Positions 13,093-26,579 of a stretch of 64,000 bases of DNA are shown one piece after another. The notes under the pieces were generated by a model. That model had not been told where the DNA came from. It did no database searches and worked only from the letters and a program-made list of their open reading frames with translations. The stretch spans positions 115,568,001 to 115,632,000 of the forward strand of contig OX597820.1 of the NCBI GenBank assembly GCA_951406725.2, given 5' to 3'. A program made the position numbers and the translations under genes. This DNA is from Octopus vulgaris. Taxonomy: Eukaryota. Numbering within the stretch: position 1 is the stretch's first letter; the number at the start of each line of letters is the position of its first letter.

Positions 13093-14005
13093 TTATGAAA
13101 TCTTGAATGGATGTATCTGATTTCCACAGTAAAAGAGTTAATATTTAGAGAAGGTTTATCATTGTAAAGTGAGCCAAAAGTTGAGAATTACATTGAGGAA
13201 AGTAATAAGTAAATTGATGCTGGCATGGCTGTGAGGTAAGACACTTACTTCTCAGCCACATGGTTCTGGGTTCAGTCTCTCTGCATGGCACCTTGGGCAA
13301 GTGTCATTTTCTATGTGAGTGGAATTGCTAGATGGAATCTTAAAGAAGCTCATTGTCTGTGTGTGTATGTGTGTGCATCAGTGTTGATGTGTTTACATCC
13401 TGTAACTTAGCAGTTTGGCAAATGTGACCAGTAGAACAAGTACCAGGCTTAAAAAAAAAAGTTTTGGGGTGATTCATTCTTCAAAGCAGTACCCCAGTAT
13501 GGCCACAGTCTAGTGGCTGAAACAAGTAAAAGATAAAAGAAATAATTATTTGAAGTTTTTTCTTAGTTTTACAGTTATAATATTCCCCCAACCTTAGTAT
13601 TCCAGCAATGACATGTCATTAATTACATTTCATTACATATCATTAAAATTAATAAAATAAAAAAATTTAAAAAATCATAATCTTCAATAAATTAATCCAT
13701 TTAATCTAAAGCCAGGGATTTTTTAAATTGATGATTTAAAAAGACATTTATTTAGTTATTGGCTGATTGATTTCTAATATGAAAATGTGTTAATTTTTGC
13801 ATGATATTATGTTAACTATGATTTTAGAAAATGGAGTTTGGTTTTGGAATGACATTGGCTTTTGTCTAATCAAGCATGTTAATTTATCAATCTTTCTCTC
13901 TCAAATTATTAGTTTACAAATTAGTAGTAAAAACTCCTGGGAATTCCAGTAATATACCGTGTTCTCATATCATCTTCATTCTTATCATTTTTTTTTTTCT
14001 AATAG

Positions 14006-14101
14006 TTTGGTCTGGAGGAAGGAACTGTGTTCAAGGTCATCGCATTCCCCCCAAAAGACCTGCCAAATAGGCATTGCTTACTGAATCCTCAGTTTGCCTA
14101 G
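14006..14101 (+). CDS. Candidate alternative terminal exon of gene A (FGLEEGTVFKVIAFPPKDLPNRHCLLNPQFA*)
   Basis: Long poly-T tract plus ctaatag acceptor, abrupt rise in GC, protein-like phase-0 translation ending in TAG. A phase-1 reading (WSGGRNCVQGHRIPPKRPAK*) is also open. Confidence 0.45.
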   Translation, partial: FGLEEGTVFKVIAFPPKDLPNRHCLLNPQFA

Positions 14102-15501
14102 TTATTATTATTAGTTTTTAATTTTTTGTCTTTAGATCACCAACTCTCATTAAAATATACGATCTGGCTTTCTGGAAATTTTATTGCTTTTAAATTGAAT
14201 TGCGAAACATTTGATGAAGCTATTGAATGGATAAATTCTGCTAATGCAACATTTATTGCTTCTAGACTGTTTTAAGATTGTGGTTTGTTAATCATTCGAT
14301 TTTTTTGTGTGATTTTTCTCAAAATATACTTTGTGATAAAACAGTAAATTTAAATTTATGGAACACAAATCTTAATCTTGGAATGTTACCATTTTTTTTT
14401 TCTTTTGCTATAGAATTAAAACCAATATCTTCAGCTGTTTAGTGTTAGAGTTGTGAGGTTTGATTGAAACTGACGTTTCTGACTTTGATTGAATATTAAT
14501 CATTGAAGAATTAGATCAGAGGGGACAGAGATCAATAGATTGGGAGAATTGATAGAGTAACTGACAAATATTATATAGTGTTTAGTTAGTTGTGTCCCAC
14601 TACATTCAGAGTTCAAATCCTGCCAAGGTCAACTTTGCCTTTCATCCTTTTTCAGTTTGATAAAATAAAAGTTCCAATCTAGTACTGGGGTCAACATAAT
14701 CAAGCACCCCCCCCCCCCTTCCGAAATAATTGGGCCTAATGCCTACATGAGAAACTGTGAGGATGACATTTCTTTTGACTCTTTACGTTCTGAGGTCAAA
14801 TATGCCTTTTATCCTCCTGGGGTTGATAAAATAAAGTACTGGGGTCGATGCAATCAACAAACCCCCTTCCTCCTGCTCCTCCTAAAATTGCTGGACTTTT
14901 GCCAAAATTTGAAACAATTATGATTATTAAAGATGATTTCAAATCCCATCGAGGTTAACATTGCCATTTATCCTTTTGGAATCAATAAAATATATTACCA
15001 ATCATGTTCTGGAATCGATACAATCGACTAAATGCTGCCCTCAAAATTTCAAGCCTTGTGCCCTTAACTAGAAACAGTATCGTGATCCAAGATAAAGTTT
15101 TATATCAAGTTTGTTGAAATTGTCTCCCTTAGATTGTATATCGTCTGAACTGTTCTCCCCCCTTCCTCCCTTAAATCAGTGATTGTAAAAATGTTGTTTC
15201 TCCTTGTTTCGTTTAGTTATTGTTTTTTTTTTTGTTCTTGTTTAAATGTAAATAATATTGACTTCTTAGTTTGTTGTAAACAATACAAGTGAACTGATAA
15301 TTACCAATTGTTTGTTTACAGTGTTCCTGTATTATTAACAGCATCATTATAATTGTTATTGGTTAATGCATTGTATGTTTCCTAAACAGTATATTCCACT
15401 AAAAATGTTTGTTTTTCCCTTTCTAAATTTTCCTTGTTCTTGTTGTTTATGATGATGATGATGATGGTAATGATGTTAGTTATTTATTTCTGCTTCTGCA
15501 G

Positions 15502-15558
15502 TGTTTGTTCCCTAACTTCAACTTCCAGAAATCTTATACTAAAATACAGATCTCATGA
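15502..15558 (+). CDS. Weak candidate alternative terminal exon (CLFPNFNFQKSYTKIQIS*)
   Basis: Acceptor ttatttatttctgcttctgcag followed by a short phase-0 ORF; no other support. Confidence 0.2.
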   Translation, partial: CLFPNFNFQKSYTKIQIS

Positions 15559-15608
15559 GAAAAATTGATATGTATTAAGCGTTGCCTTTATTGCATTCTG
15601 GCATTGCA

Positions 15609-15655
<47 letters not shown>

Positions 15656-15843
15656 ATATGTATGAATTTTTAAAAATTTGCAAAACAAGATGGAAAGAAC
15701 AGGTTTTGATCACTAATCACAACAATTGTTTCTGTGCATTGGTAACAGCAGTTAGTTGCTGAGCTTTCCATATCATACTATGAAATAAACGTTCTGTAAA
15801 AAATATGATTCAGCAGCTGTGTATCAGCACATCATCAGGTGCG

Positions 15844-15880
<37 letters not shown>

Positions 15881-15895
15881 TTATATATATATATA

Positions 15896-16760
15896 CAGGG
15901 TGCAATGGGTAAACTGTCGCCATTTTATATTTTTACTTTCATGTGTGTGCATTGTTTGCTTTTGATTTTGTCAACTACACAGCATAGTAGGGTCAATTGG
16001 GCACCGTCTGTGAGAAAAAAAGCACCATGATGCAATTCACTCTGCCAGAAATTTGGAAACAACATGCTGTGCTGCTTGGCATTTGCACTGGAAGCTACAA
16101 TACGAACATCTCAGAGTGTTTGGGTGTCAATGTGAGGACAGTGCAGTCTGAGGATATGTACCAAGAGTGATGAAAATCAAACATCCAGTCAGCCTCATGG
16201 TGTTTGGAGTGATCACTAGTGATGGCGATGTTATGCCTCCATTCATCTCTCCCCATGGCCTCAGACTCAACACAGATACCTACATCAAGTGTCTGGAGGA
16301 GGTAGTGCTGCCCTGGGTCAAGAGGATGGCTGCTGGAAGACCCTATGTCTGGCAACAGGACTCTGCACCATGCCACACAAGTAGGAGAACCTAGTCATGG
16401 CTGTCAGACAATTTCTGCGACCATAAACTCCCCAGACTGCAATCTCCTTGATTATTATGTGTAGGGTGCAGTTGAGTGAGAGACCAGCAAAACTCTTTGT
16501 AACACCAAAGATGAACTGAAGGCAAGGATAATGTCAGTGTTCACTAACTTAAACAAAGAGACTGTCCAGGAGAGTTGCAGGAGATTCTGAAGTCGTCTGG
16601 AGGCCATGGTTGAAGCCAATGGCGAATTATTGAATAAATTTATTCTTTAGTATTTCAAGATATTTTAATGTAATTCTGGTAAATGTATCTGTTAAAATGA
16701 GATGTCAGTGTTATTTTCATTTTTGCATAATTTAGACGACAGTTTATTCACCGAACCCTG
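15896..16760 (+). mobile_element. Internally deleted Tc1/mariner-superfamily transposon, probably maT (DD37D-like), with transposase pseudogene
   Basis: TIRs cagggtgcaatgggtaaactgtcgcc / gacgacagtttattcaccgaaccctg, TA flanks; KHPVSLMVFGVITSDG...WQQDSAPCHTS and downstream SPDCNLLDYYV (third catalytic residue Asp), with stops and deletions. Confidence 0.9.
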
Positions 16761-17340
16761 TATATATTAATGCATATATGTATGTGTATATAGATTACAT
16801 TTGTTATTGATTTGATATAATAATTGTTGTTTTTTTTTTATTTTAAGAATTCCATTTAAATTAATCATTTTTGCAATGTTTTGATAATTGATAAAATCCA
16901 GGTTGTAAAAAAATATATTATGAAACAGAAAAGCATAAATATATATAATGAAATTTGGAAGTTTCTTTGTTTTTACCTGAGGCTGTCCAACCCATGCCAG
17001 CATGGAAAGTGGATGTTAAACGATGATGATGAAAGTTTCTGATGTATCAAATGAACTATTTTAGCATAACTACAAGATGATGGCTACGAATCATTTTACA
17101 TTATAAAAATCCCTCCACATTTAGAGGACAAATATATTTGTAATTTCTATAACTAAAAAAAATTTTAAGTTAGTCTTAAACATAGAAAACTATCATAATT
17201 TAGTGGGGTTTTTTCCCCCCGAGATCTTGTTTTCAATAATGATTTCTAAATATGTTAACTAACAAAGCCTAATTCCTTGTTCTGATTTGTAACTAATCAC
17301 ATTAAAACGTTTATATATTAAAATAGCCATCTATTTATCA

Positions 17341-17636
17341 TACTTGATGTATGTACACCATTGATAGGCCAGTTACTACAGTATTTGCCTGATATAACAT
17401 CTCTTATAGATGTGCTGCGTTAAAAATGCAATAATGGAGGGGTTAATAAAGACCAGCAAAAATGTCAGATGCATTTGGTGTTTTTTTGAAGGGGGATGCT
17501 TTTTCAAAGATGTACTCACCAGCAACCATATGTTACAATATTTATTATTTTTAACACAACACATCCATACAAGAGGATATCTCAGGATAAATACTACAGT
17601 AACTGGCCTATCGAAGGTGTATATACATCAAGTGCA
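17341..17636. mobile_element. MITE with ~90-bp terminal inverted repeats
   Basis: acttgatgtatgtacaccattgataggccagttactacagtattt ... aaatactacagtaactggcctatcgaaggtgtatatacatcaagt. Confidence 0.75.
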
Positions 17637-17799
17637 GTACATAGATAGTTATTTTAAATCATTACTGCCTCATTTGCATCCATCCAGATTTATATATTAT
17701 TTCTACATTTTGGTAAGCTGATTAGTATTTTATTTCTATATTTTATATTTTGTTACAGAAATCGAAAATCAAAAATCAAATGACAATGAAAAATGGAAA

Positions 17800-18090
17800 T
17801 TGTAGTTGTGGCCGATGCCAGTGCTGCCTGACTGGCTCTCATGCTGGTGTCATGCAATAAGCACCATTCATGCGTGTTGTTGCCAGTGCCGCCTGACTGG
17901 TTCCCATGCCGGTGGCATGTAAAAAGCACCCACTACACTCTCGGAGTGGTTGGCATTAGGAAGGGCATGCAGCTGTAGAAACTCTGCCAGATCAAGATTG
18001 GAGCCTGGTGCAGCCATCCAGGACAGTCAAATCATCCAACCCATGCTAGCATGGAAAGCAGACGTTAAACGATGATGATGATGATGATGA
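17800..18090 (+). mobile_element. SINE family C ending in (GAT)n, probably Meta-domain. Others: ~7020-7230(-), 10810-11043, 11062-11353(-), 25975-26248, 30940-31225(-), 34545-34780, 35080-35282, 38185-38575, 38937-39072, 47343-47560(-), 51320-51525, 53310-53470(-), 55561-55650(-)
   Basis: Shared ggttggcattaggaagggcat...gtagaaac...ccaacccatgctagcatggaaagcagacgttaaacgatgatg. Confidence 0.85.
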
Positions 18091-19048
18091 ATATATTCTA
18101 TTCATTCATCCACTTTTCACAATTTTACACATCATTAATCATTACACAACTTTAAATGAATTAACAACGGAGCCTCTATGTGACTGCTCAAACCTGCTAG
18201 ATACAGCAACCTAATTTCCCTCAAATCACATCCTGTTATCTTAAAAAATGTAAGGGGACATTGAATAATCTAGTTACATTAGACATACATGTATATAATA
18301 TAATGAAATCACTGTATACAGTGCTCAGGTGCACCACAACGATGAGGAGGCCAAAACTGGAAACCCTTTGATTGAAAGTCTGCTCAATCGGGGCTAAGTT
18401 AGCTAACCCTCTCATTAGAGAACTGGAAAGCTGAACCAGCTGATTTTTTTATTGTATAAAATTCAGTGCCTCAAATTTCTTAGTTCAAATGTTGAACATA
18501 GTCACACTTTGTCTTTCATCATTTTGTTAGTTAAATAAATTAACCATGACTTCAATCAAACTGCTAATGCAATGACAACCTTTGCTCATTCTTCAACCCA
18601 AAATACTGGAATACCCTTGGTTTATACATCAAAACATCACACCAAATCCCTTTTATTTTGACATGCTCACCCATTTTTCTTTAAAAACCAATGTCTATGC
18701 TTTGATTTATATTGCATCTTAATCTGCTCCATTTATAACTAAACACTCATAGTTTTATACATGTTATTGATTTCTTCTCTCAAATTGATATTATTGATTG
18801 ATTACACAGTTGGTCAATACAATCACCATCCCTCATAGACAACTACTTTTCTACCATTAAATCTATTTAATTTTACTTCATCTCATTGATTTATTTATTC
18901 CTTTTAAGCTTATTTTTTAAGTTAGGTCCTGAAAAAGTTGAAGTTTTTTTTTTTGTTTATTTTTTTGACATGATTATTCATATTTGTTTTTGTTTTGTGT
19001 TTTATTTGACTTTCCTCCGTACTGTATTTCAACCGTTGCTTCTTTCAG

Positions 19049-19675
19049 TGGTAATGTGGTGGCTGTTTCACTCAGCGAAGATGAAGAGGATGAAGATGAC
19101 CTTTATGACAGTGAGACTCTGAAGCCAGGCATGAGCCAGCAGTATTGTTTTAGCACTGCTTCTGCTTCTATGACCCTACCTGTAAAACATTCTAGCCAAA
19201 CTTCTTTAAATAATGGTTGTGACACTAATTTACTAAAAAACGAACATTCCCTGTTACCAATGAATAATGGAGGTCCCCCCTCTTCATTGTCTCGGACAAC
19301 AATCCCTTCCCCAAATAATCATTCTGAAACATCATCAACTCTAAATCATTCACCAATTGGCCATAGAACATTAACATCACCAGACACACACAACGCAATA
19401 TCTTCATCAAAGAAAAACAATTCATTATCATTTCCAATACGGAAAAGCTATAGTTTTTCACCAAATGGACATCGTTCAATATATTCTAACCCAGCTTTTC
19501 AAACATTGCCTGTACCGGCGGATTTCGGCTATCATTCATCACAAGATGCATTTGGAACTTTAACATCTTCCGTGAGTGTAGGAACACTCACTTCACCCAT
19601 CAGTTATGCAAATTTATCCAAAATATTTGAAAATTCCCCAACTCATTCATTAAAGCAAACAGATGACACTTGCAG
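19049..19675 (+). CDS. Internal coding exon of an unidentified gene (gene A): acidic patch then Ser/Thr/Asn/Pro-rich low-complexity region
   Basis: Acceptor ttgcttctttcag ends at 19048; donor tgcag|gttagt starts at 19676. 627 nt, phase 2/2, open reading GNVVAVSLSEDEEDEDDLYDSETLKPG...SLKQTDDTC inside ORF 18984..19748, the longest non-repeat ORF in the window. Confidence 0.85.
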
Positions 19676-21283
19676 GTTAGTTGCTTTCAATTTACTTCAA
19701 TTTTTCATGTTTTCACAGTTGATTCATCTTCTAATTGAAGCTGGTTAAAAAGACAGAGAATTTTAAAGAGGTACATTTAATACATCTTGTTCAAATCCAG
19801 CATATTTGTAATCTTTAGTGACCCTTGGAGTTATTAAACCAATTTGCACCCAGTATTGACAGTTTTTTTTTTTTGTTCTTTATGAAAATTAGTCAATATA
19901 TATACATTGATTACATGTAGCTTGCTAACGAGCCATATGGTCCGAGTTCAGTCCCACTGCGTGGCACCTTGGGCAAGTGTCTTCTACTATAGCCTCAAGC
20001 TGACCAAAGCCTTGTGAGTGGATTTGGTAGACGGAAACTGAAAGAAGCTCATCGTATATATATGTGTGTGTATATATATATATTTGTATGTGTTTGTGTG
20101 TCTGTGTTTGTCTCCTTGACAACTGATACTGGTGTGTTTATGTCCCCGTAACTTAGCGGTTCGGCAAAAGAGACCGATGTAATTAATACCAGGCTTACAA
20201 AGAATAAGTTCTGGGTTGATTTTGGTCGACTGAAACAATTAAAAGAGTAAAAGAGATAATTTAGGAAACAAAAATAACAGTTTATTGTTTAAAGATATGA
20301 TTAAGATGAACTGAAAGAAGACTTTCTTCTTTTATTAAATGAAGTAAATTAAAAGGAAAAAGGAAAAAAGATTGTATTACAATTTAAAATATTTTATAGA
20401 CAATATTTTTATTATGTTAAGGAGGCTAGCTGGCAGAAACATTAGCATGCCGGGTGAAATGCTTAGCAGTATTTTGTCTGCTGTTATGTTCTGAGTTCGA
20501 ATTCTGCTGAAGTCAACTTTGCCTTTCATCCTTTCATGGTTGGTTAAATAACTACCAGTTATGCACTGGGGTTGATGTAATCAACTTAATCCCTTTGTCT
20601 GTCCTTCTTTATTCCCTGTATGTTTATCCTCCTGTGGGCAATAAAGATATGAATATTTTTATTGTTATACTAAAAAACAAAACAAAAAATTGTGAAGGTA
20701 CATGGATCAGTGGTTAGGATGTTGCACTCATGGAAGCTAGATTGTGAGTTCAATTCCTGGAGCAGGTGTCATGTCGTGTTCTTGAGCAAAACACATCATT
20801 TCACGTTTCTCTGCAGGTGGGAGAGTGATAGAATTGTTGGCACATTGGCAGGGATGCTTTATTGCATATCTTCTGGCTCCCTACATTCTGAGTTCAAATC
20901 TCACCTGCCTGGAGATGGCAATGGGAAACCACTCTAATATTCATTCCAAGCCTAGTCATGGTTGCCAAAGTTCTAGTAATCTACTCAATGGTAGCAGAGG
21001 AGGATGGTATGTGTTGGAGAGGGTTCACAGGCATAGAACCTACCCAAGGGCAGATCACTACTAGACTGGACTATAAAGTGATCTAATTATAGATTTTCTT
21101 AAGGAAGAACTAACATTTCAGGTAAAAATTAGTTATGTTGTTAAAATCTGGTATCTATTGATAAGATGGTACTTTATAGTTATATAGCAATATTTGGTAT
21201 TTCATTAAGAGTTTAGTTCCCTGTTTGTAAGACAGTTGGAATTTATTCATATTTATAAATTTCAGTATTCATATCTTTGTATT

Positions 21284-21560
21284 TATCTACTACAAATGTG
21301 GGAAATTCTGTGTGTGGGTGTGCTTGTGGAGTTGTTAGCTAACTCCTCCTACATCGTTTTATCAATTTTGATGAAACTTGACATGTGAGTAGAACTTTCG
21401 TCTGGAAACCTTGTGGCATACTCAGATTGTTGAAAAAAATCGATAATAGGGCCCCTGGATGGGATCCTTATATATATCTAATATATTTCATTTTAACAGC
21501 CAAGGGAAATAACCCAATCGCCTAGATTTTAACAACCAAGAGATATAACTCATTCATTTT
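21284..21560 (+). mobile_element. Helitron-like 5' fragment
   Basis: atctactacaaatg..tgtgtgtg..aactcctcctac..caattttgatgaaacttg; 3' end not resolved. Confidence 0.45.
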
Positions 21561-22071
21561 CCTAAATTATTTGGTATAAATCAAATTGAGTATACTTATT
21601 TTTTAGTATGTGAAGTGTTAGAGGTATTTTCTCAATTTATCCAGTACAACCCTTAAACAAGTAAATAGTATACTCCTAAACAATAGTTCCACTTATTTCG
21701 GTTAGTGATTTATTCGCGAATATACCAACACTAGCACCACTGAGGGTAATATTCTCCAGGAATGCACAAAAGCCCTTTTGGAGGCTACTTTATTTGAATT
21801 CTTACTATCAGGTAACTAATTTCATGTTATTACATAAGTGACTTCATTATTTGGGTATTCATAACTTATTGGAAATTCCTAGAAACAAGATCCTGTGTAA
21901 AACAGTTCGGTATTCTTTGTAAATGCACAAAAACCGTTTTAAAGACTACATATTTTGTATTGTTGTAATTGGATTAGCAAACCAACTATGAGAATGGAAC
22001 CAAAGGATAATCTCCACTCTCCCGGGAATTACCAGGTACATCAGCTAGTATGCAAATATGTATTTTGTAAT

Positions 22072-22862
22072 ACAGTTATATATTTAAGAGATGAGGAATT
22101 ATTTACATTATTTACATTTGACAGATATTTGTCCTCATCTTGTTTGTTGTTAACACAATGTTTTGGCTGATATGCCCTCCAGCCTTCATCAGGTGTCTTG
22201 GGGAAATTTCGAACCTGGGTCCTCATTCCTAAGGTATTTTTCAATATTATTATTATTATCATTATTCAGGTCACTGCTTGGAATCAAACTCGGAATCTTG
22301 GGGTTAGTAGCTCACGCTCTTAACCATAGGCAATTATGGAGTGAATTTTAGGGATAATAAATCTGATATTCTCCTATCCTTCCTTAATACTGGTTCCCAT
22401 ATGCTATTCATATCTGCACTCACTCTGCTTAGGAGGTTGTTGTGTCCTAGCATATGTGCTGCTTCTTTTAGTTTTCGTATTTTCCAGTGGTGTTCTCTGT
22501 CTATTATTTTAACTTCATCCCACAGGGGGAGGTGTCCATTTTTCCATATATGATCAGCTATACCTGATTTATCAATAACTCCTCGTGTCACAGTCTTGCG
22601 ATGTTCATCTACCCTTATTTTACCCTTATTTTATAAGCCCTAAAATTCACTCCATAATTGCCCATGGGCATATGGCATATTTGTTAAGAGTGCGGGCTAC
22701 TAACCCCAAGATTCTGAGTTCGATTCCAAGCAGTAACAACAACAACAGCAGGTTCAAAATTTCCCCAAGACATCTGATGAAGGTTGGAGGGTATATCAGC
22801 TGAAATGTTAACAAACAAACAAGATGAGGACTAATATCCGTCAAATGTAAACAATGTAAATA
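22072..22862. mobile_element. Penelope-like retroelement, 5'-truncated, with inverted terminal arms (GIY-YIG C-terminus + tRNA-like segment + degenerate hammerheads)
   Basis: Minus strand reads IRVDEHRKTVTRGVIDKSGIADHIWKNGH...WDEVKIIDREHHWKIRKLKEAAHM, typical of the PLE GIY-YIG C-terminal half. Arms ~22072-22360 (-) and ~22630-22862 (+) are reverse complements; probable TSD tg(c/t)aaatatgtattt at 22051 and 22863. Confidence 0.85.
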
Positions 22863-22904
22863 TGTAAATATGTATTTCTTTATGTTTCTGTTATTGTTCT
22901 ACAG

Positions 22905-22920
22905 ACAGCCAAGACAATAG
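22905..22920 (+). CDS. Terminal coding exon of gene A, (R)QPRQ*
   Basis: Acceptor ttctttatgtttctgttattgttctacag; phase 2 matches the donor at 19676 (ag+a = Arg); TAG at 22918-22920 followed by AT-rich UTR-like sequence. Confidence 0.6.
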
Positions 22921-24533
22921 GATATTAACAGTCAATGAAATTCCTAGATTAATTTTATTTTTATTTTCTATACGTCTAAGAAAGTGGACATTTTGCTCTC
23001 AAAGCATGCAAAATTGTTTAGAGACTTAAAGTTTAACTTCACTTGATCTCCAGTTAATATATCATTTCATGATGTTAGCTATAATCAAGGGCTAAATTCT
23101 TCACGCCTCTGTTTAATTTAATATTAATGTTTTATATTTTGTGTGTGAGCTCAGACAACTACAATTTTATCATAATGTTCATAAAATTTCCTCTACATAT
23201 GACATATTTCTCATAGGGCATGTTATTTAAAGTGAGTTCCTACCATATTTTTAGCTTGATGTTAGCTGTGGCCATGTATGTCAACTATCCCATCTATCCA
23301 GCCTCTAAAATAAACTGATTTTTATCATCACCGTCATCATTTTAAGATACATTTCTTTTTATCTTGTTCACACGGCTGGACAGGTCTGTCATTTATTGGA
23401 TGACGCATTACCAGTTTTGAATAATATTTCAGTTCAATGAGTTGGAGATGTGTGTAGATAAAAAATTTCATGGGAAGAAACACGAAACTACGTCTTATGT
23501 AAAATTTGGACAATGAGATTGCATAAAAGACAAAGATTATAACGACATCAGAAAATAAGTGAATTGCGAAGCAGTGGATAGAATGATAGGACAAATTTTA
23601 ATTATCTCTATTTTTATCTGATAGCATCTATGACACTATATTCCAAGCTAAACAGTGGCAAGCTGGTAGGAATGTTAGCAGGCCAGGCGAAATGCTTAGT
23701 GATGTTTCGTCAGTCTTTACATTCTGAGTTCAAATTCCCCCGAGGTCAACTTCCCCTTCCATCCTTTTGGGGTTGATAAATCAAGTACCACTTGCATACT
23801 GGGGTTGATCTAATCGAATGGCCTCTTCTCCAAAAATTTCAGGCCTTGTGCCTAGAGTAGAAAAGAGTAGATTCCAAGCTAAATTTCACATCAGTGTGAT
23901 TTTAATTCACCTCAAAGACATAATTTTTTTTTTTAATGTCCGAAACTTTATTTTTTCCCCTTCATGCTCTTCATTTAAAAAAAGATACAGTGAAATCAAA
24001 GTTATTTCTTCATCAATGTAATATTTTATTGAAACAAAATATTACAAAATAGTATTTACAAGCAACGCTGTATAAAGGAATTTGCCTTGCAACTATGAGG
24101 TTTACAATTTGATCTCACTGCGAGGCACCTTGAACAAAATACCTCAAACTGATATCTTGATAAAATTAAATTTGGGGGCAGAAACTGTAAAGAAGCCTGT
24201 TGTGTGTGTGTGTTGGACGGTGTGTGCTGCGCGTACATCTAAACACCTGGTATTTTTATTCGTAAAGGGACATAACTCTGTAGGTGAACCTAGTAATTTG
24301 AATATGCAGAGATAAAAATGAGGATTGGATTAATTAGTGGTGTTGATAAAAGTTAACTAAAAACCCTTGGAAGTAGTGTCCTAAAATGGTCACAGTTCAA
24401 TGACTGAAACCGGTATAAGAATAAATTAATAGAAGTGTTAAAGCTTTTCTTGAAAATGAAAACTTTATCTAGTTTTCTCTCACATTGGTAATAATTGCAT
24501 GTTTTAAAGCCCCTGCCCCCTTCTCTCTATGTA

Positions 24534-24565
<32 letters not shown>

Positions 24566-24941
24566 CATGTGTATGTGTGTATGCATGCATGCAAGTGTGT
24601 ATATGTGTGTGTATATATATGTATGTATGTATGGATGGATGGATGGATGCGTGTACGTATGTCATAAGTTTCATCATTCTCAAATTATAATTTGTATTCA
24701 TGGCATTTCAGAATAGTTTCTTCTATGAATTATGAATGAAGGATTCATGGCTGGCTTTTATTTTCTGAAGCACTCGTGACATCATTCAGAATCTCTGAGA
24801 TTGGTGCAGGTTGGGGAGAGACAAAATTATCCTCAGGCTGGGGTGGATTGGGTTCAAATGCTTGCAACTGGGTAAACTCTGCTAAACGTACTCAAGGATT
24901 AGTTGATGGTGTTAAACTAGATGGTAGATTAAATCTACCAT

Positions 24942-25142
24942 CACTAGCATAGCTGGAGTGTGTGCCACCCAGGGTGGACCTTCTGTTTGCTGCCCCCGGA
25001 CCCCACGAAAAGTACATATTGCCTACAGCAGACCCAGTGGTGCTCCTTTCAAAGTGCCTCCCAGAGTGGACCGCCCAAGGTGGAGCACCCAGGGTGGAGC
25101 ACCCGGAGTGGACTGCTCCCTCCCACCCTAGCTATAGTAGTG
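24942..25142. mobile_element. hAT-type MITE (family 1)
   Basis: TIRs cactagcatagct / agctatagtagtg; 8-bp TSD tctaccat; shares core catattgcctacagcagaccca with 2162-2307. Confidence 0.85.
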
Positions 25143-25508
25143 TCTACCATTCATTTAAATAGCTAAAAGAGAGAAAGGGGTGGGGGAATTATTTTAGAGC
25201 TAACGTTGTTTTATGAAAGGCAGCAAACTGGCAGAAGTCTTAGTGTGTGGCACCAAATGCTTGGTGGTAATACTTCAAACTCAATATGTCCTGACTTCAA
25301 ATCTTGCTAAGGTCAGCTTTGCTTTTCTTCTCTTTGGGGTTGATAAAATAAACTACAAGCCAAGTACTGAGGTTGATGTAACTACATTCTGTCACCACAT
25401 TTCTCCAGAATTGTTTTAGTGCAAAGTTGGATTATATAATTAGTTGAAAGTTAAAGTATCAGAAGAGGATGCAACAGCATACTTGCTTGCTTTATTAGAA
25501 AACCTCTC

Positions 25509-25894
25509 TCTATATAAAGCTGAAGTTGTCTGTGTATGGCGGGTTTGGTAGCCTTCAACTAATACTATCTCCTCTGAGACCCTGCGGCGCAAGTTGACCA
25601 AAATTGAGAGTATGATAGAAGGCTTGCTCTTCCTTCCATAGAAGAAAAAAATTCAAATCAGACCATGTTAACACCAAAAATTATTTACATCAAAAAGGTG
25701 CTTTTTTTTTTCCATGAAAATCCATTTTTTACGATTTTTTTACTGCTGTGTCGCCATTTTTTTGGTGTATTTCAACCAGAAAAATGTTCACTTAAAGAGA
25801 ATAACAAGCTACATAATGCAAAATTTTTACTTTTCAAAAATTCCAATTCTAAAGGGTCGAAACAAACCCGAGTAACGCCAGGCGATACTGCTAG
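25509..25894 (+). mobile_element. Non-autonomous Helitron
   Basis: TCTATATAAAG... start; subterminal hairpin cccgagtaacgccaggcg and terminal CTAG|t. Confidence 0.8.
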
Positions 25895-26579
25895 TAGAAT
25901 ATAAATATGAGGGCTACCTCTTGCCATTTCCATTCCTTCTCTCAGCAGAGAGGTCCTTATCTTGCAAACTTGCAGGTGTTGGTGTCCCATAAAAAGCACC
26001 TGTACTGGTGCCATGTAAAAAGCATTTGTACTGGTGCCACATGAAAAAGCACCCATGAAAAAGCACATATATGGCACCCAGTATACTTTGTGAAGTGGTT
26101 GGTGTAAGGAAAGGCATCCAGTCATAGAAACCATGCCAAAACAGACAACCGGAGCCTGGTGCAGCCCTCTGGCTTGCCAACTCCTGTCAAACCGTCTGAC
26201 CCATGCCAGTATGGAAAACGGATGTTAAATGATGATGATGGTGATGACTTCACAACAGGATTAGTTTTAATTATTTGTAATAATGAGAACTTATTTAAAT
26301 GCAGTTTCAAGGAAACTATTTATTATAAGGCGGGAGACTGCTTTAATTTTTATTGATTTTCTTTGGTTTAAACTTACTTTCTAAACAATATATAAATTTA
26401 TGTATCAAGAAAATTGGAAAAAAGAAATATTTTGATAGAATAAAGTGAAAAAAAAAAAAAGTAACTTGTATAGCATGAGATTTGATAATTTAGTTTCGTT
26501 TGATGATTCCTCTGCTAAGAGTCTTAAACCTGAAGTGCCTTATCGTTTTATAATGAGACATAATAGTTCTTAGGAAATA

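Noticed and set aside
16167-16394. Functional transposase gene
   Set aside because: The element is only 865 bp with large deletions and stops.
25975-26075. Regularly spaced aaaagcac/tggtgcca repeats resembling a CRISPR array
   Set aside because: Internal tandem repeats of SINE family C, no unique spacers, eukaryotic context.
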